Source: Prochlorococcus sp. AG-676-L21 | GTDB taxonomy: Bacteria; Cyanobacteriota; Cyanobacteriia; PCC-6307; Cyanobiaceae | NCBI GenBank assembly: GCA_003210915.1 | Contig: QCUA01000001.1 | Coordinates: 8,527 to 72,526, forward strand | Direction: 5' to 3' | DNA: 64,000 bases | Part shown: piece after piece, positions 62,089 through 64,000 of the stretch | Position numbering within the stretch: position 1 is the stretch's first letter | How the letters are laid out: the number at the start of each line of letters is the position of its first letter | Notes under the pieces: generated by a model | The model's database searches: none | What the model saw: the letters and a program-made list of their open reading frames with translations, nothing else | Told to the model about the DNA's origin: nothing | Translations under genes and position numbers: made by a program

Positions 62089-63612
62089 CTAATTAGTTGT
62101 TCTCCCATGATTATTTCCAAGATCACTATATTTTTGTAAATTCATATCTATCTCGTCAAGAGTTTGATTTAATTTCCATCTCCAATTGTTAGTAATTGTT
62201 CCAGGAGTATTTAATCTACTTGAGTCATCCAAAGATAAGATATCTTGTATAGGAGAGATAAAAAGGTTTGCTTTTGTTCTCATGCCAATTTCCATTAAAT
62301 TCCAAGAGGGATCATTTGAGTATTTATAGTTATCTTTAATATGATTTTTAATATTACTATTTAAATACTTCCACCACGAAGTGGTAGTAGTGTTATCATG
62401 AGTTCCTGTATAAACAACCCAGTTCTCTTTTTCGATATTTTTAGGTAGATAAGGGTTGTTTTCATTTCCATCGAATGCGAATTGCAAAATCTTCATACCA
62501 GGTAATTCATAATTGTCCCTTAAAAGTTCTACGTCTTTAGTTATTAATCCTAAATCCTCAGCAATGATAGGTAGATAATCAGATTTTAAATCTTTTTTTA
62601 AAATATTTAATAGCTCTTTGCCAGGGGAATTAATCCAAGTCCCATTTATGGCATTTTTGGCATTACCATCAACTCTCCAATATCCAGCCAACGCTCTAAA
62701 ATGATCAAGTCTTAAAATGTCAACAAGTTCAAATTGTCTTTTAAATCTTTTTCTCCACCACTTAAAAGCTGTTCTTTTGTGCTTAGCCCAATAGTAAGTG
62801 GGAGTTCCCCATAGTTGTCCCGTAGATGAGAAATAATCAGGTGGCACTCCACTTTGAAAAAGTAAATCTCCATTTTGAGATATTGAAAATAGTGATTTAT
62901 TACTCCATACATCTGCACTGTCTCTTGAAACATAAAAAGGTAAATCACCTATAAGTGTAATTCCGTTAGTTTTGGCAAAAACTTTGATTTCCCTCCATTG
63001 TTTATCAAGATGCCATTGTATTAATTTTGTTTTAAGTATTTCATTTTTTTTGTCCTTTATCCATATTTTTATAAATTCATTTTTCTTTTGTTTAAACTCC
63101 AATGGCCACTCCCACCAAGGCAACATATTGAATTCCTTTCTTATAACCATAAATATTGAATAATTTTCAACCCAGGTATTTTTTTTATTCCATAAATAAA
63201 AATCAGTTTTCCTCTCTTCTGATTGAGATTCCCAATCAGCTAAAAGATACTCCCCTAACTTTTTCGATAAATTATTTGCAAAATCAAAATCAAAATGATC
63301 TTCGTGCTGGTTAATTGATTGTAAATCCTTCTTATTAAACGAAATGATAAATTTTTTTTCGATTAATTTGTTGATATCAAGAAACCAAGGATTTAACGCA
63401 AAACTGGATGGAGAACTATATGGAGATCCAGTTGAATCTGTTGGAGTAAGAGGTAAGAATTGCCAGTGATTAATCTTATGCTTACAAAGCTTCTTAATCC
63501 ATTCTTTAGCCCCTTCTCCAAAGGTCCCGCAGTAACTACCTCCAGGGAGGCATGAAGGATGAACAAGTATACCTAATGATTTTTTTTTAAGAACTGATTT
63601 TAAACTCATCAA
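62089..63612 (-). CDS. malQ: 4-alpha-glucanotransferase
   Basis: GVPPDYFS, RLDHFR, AEDLG, YTGTHDN. Confidence 0.96.
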   Translation of the reverse strand: MMSLKSVLKKKSLGILVHPSCLPGGSYCGTFGEGAKEWIKKLCKHKINHWQFLPLTPTDSTGSPYSSPSSFALNPWFLDINKLIEKKFIISFNKKDLQSINQHEDHFDFDFANNLSKKLGEYLLADWESQSEERKTDFYLWNKKNTWVENYSIFMVIRKEFNMLPWWEWPLEFKQKKNEFIKIWIKDKKNEILKTKLIQWHLDKQWREIKVFAKTNGITLIGDLPFYVSRDSADVWSNKSLFSISQNGDLLFQSGVPPDYFSSTGQLWGTPTYYWAKHKRTAFKWWRKRFKRQFELVDILRLDHFRALAGYWRVDGNAKNAINGTWINSPGKELLNILKKDLKSDYLPIIAEDLGLITKDVELLRDNYELPGMKILQFAFDGNENNPYLPKNIEKENWVVYTGTHDNTTTTSWWKYLNSNIKNHIKDNYKYSNDPSWNLMEIGMRTKANLFISPIQDILSLDDSSRLNTPGTITNNWRWKLNQTLDEIDMNLQKYSDLGNNHGRTTN

Positions 63613-63863
63613 TATAAAGTAAAATTTTATTTTTATAATTCGTTTTCAATTATTATTTAACAATAACAATAATTAAATATATACCATTTAACAAATAAAT
63701 TTAGATGTTCCATATATTTGCCTATAAATTTTAAAATTATATATTTCGGAATATTTTTTGTTCAAACTTACGTCTTATGACTATGAAAGATAAATAAGTT
63801 AATTAATTTTTGCGGAATTGATATAAGGTACTACGATATTAATATGTTTTAAAAGCTAATTTC

Positions 63864-64000
63864 GTGACTAGTTCTATCACGGCAGTAGAGAATGAAGGAC
63901 CAACTTTTAATCTAACTAATAGTCGACTTAGGTTAGTTAGTGGAACCTCTAATCCTAAATTAGCTGAAGAAATCGCATCATATTTAGGAATTGAAAATGT
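63864..64000 (+). CDS. prs: Ribose-phosphate pyrophosphokinase, 5' part (truncated by window)
   Basis: RLRLVSGTSNPKLAEEIASYLG. Confidence 0.8.
   Translation, partial: MTSSITAVENEGPTFNLTNSRLRLVSGTSNPKLAEEIASYLGIEN

Overview
AT-rich marine picocyanobacterial DNA, most likely high-light Prochlorococcus (inferred from the hli, psbY, ycf54, psbP and som-porin gene set and the low GC). About 22.7-64 kb is ordinary core genome (trmFO, crtH, pdxJ, recCBD, deaD, recR, lipA, bioB, uppS, lysA, clpC, malQ, start of prs). About 1-18 kb is a genomic island anchored on tRNA-Pro(TGG) at 17931-18004 (-). Eight direct copies of the 46-bp tRNA 3' half cut the island into eight small modules (0.7-4.1 kb), and no integrase is visible in the window. 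Most modules are bracketed by their own private ~11-bp tandem repeat at both ends, at near-fixed distances from the tRNA-derived core, and several carry a terminator for the restored tRNA. The att copies decay with distance from the tRNA. I read this as a stacked array of minimal, non-autonomous integrative cassettes with cassette-specific integrase arm sites. Their cargo is enriched in pilin-like, secreted and membrane proteins, and several cargo genes share a ~46-bp leader element. Also present: a duplicated PsbY-like micro-ORF, an apt pseudogene, and two porins with a near-identical ~980-bp 3' block.
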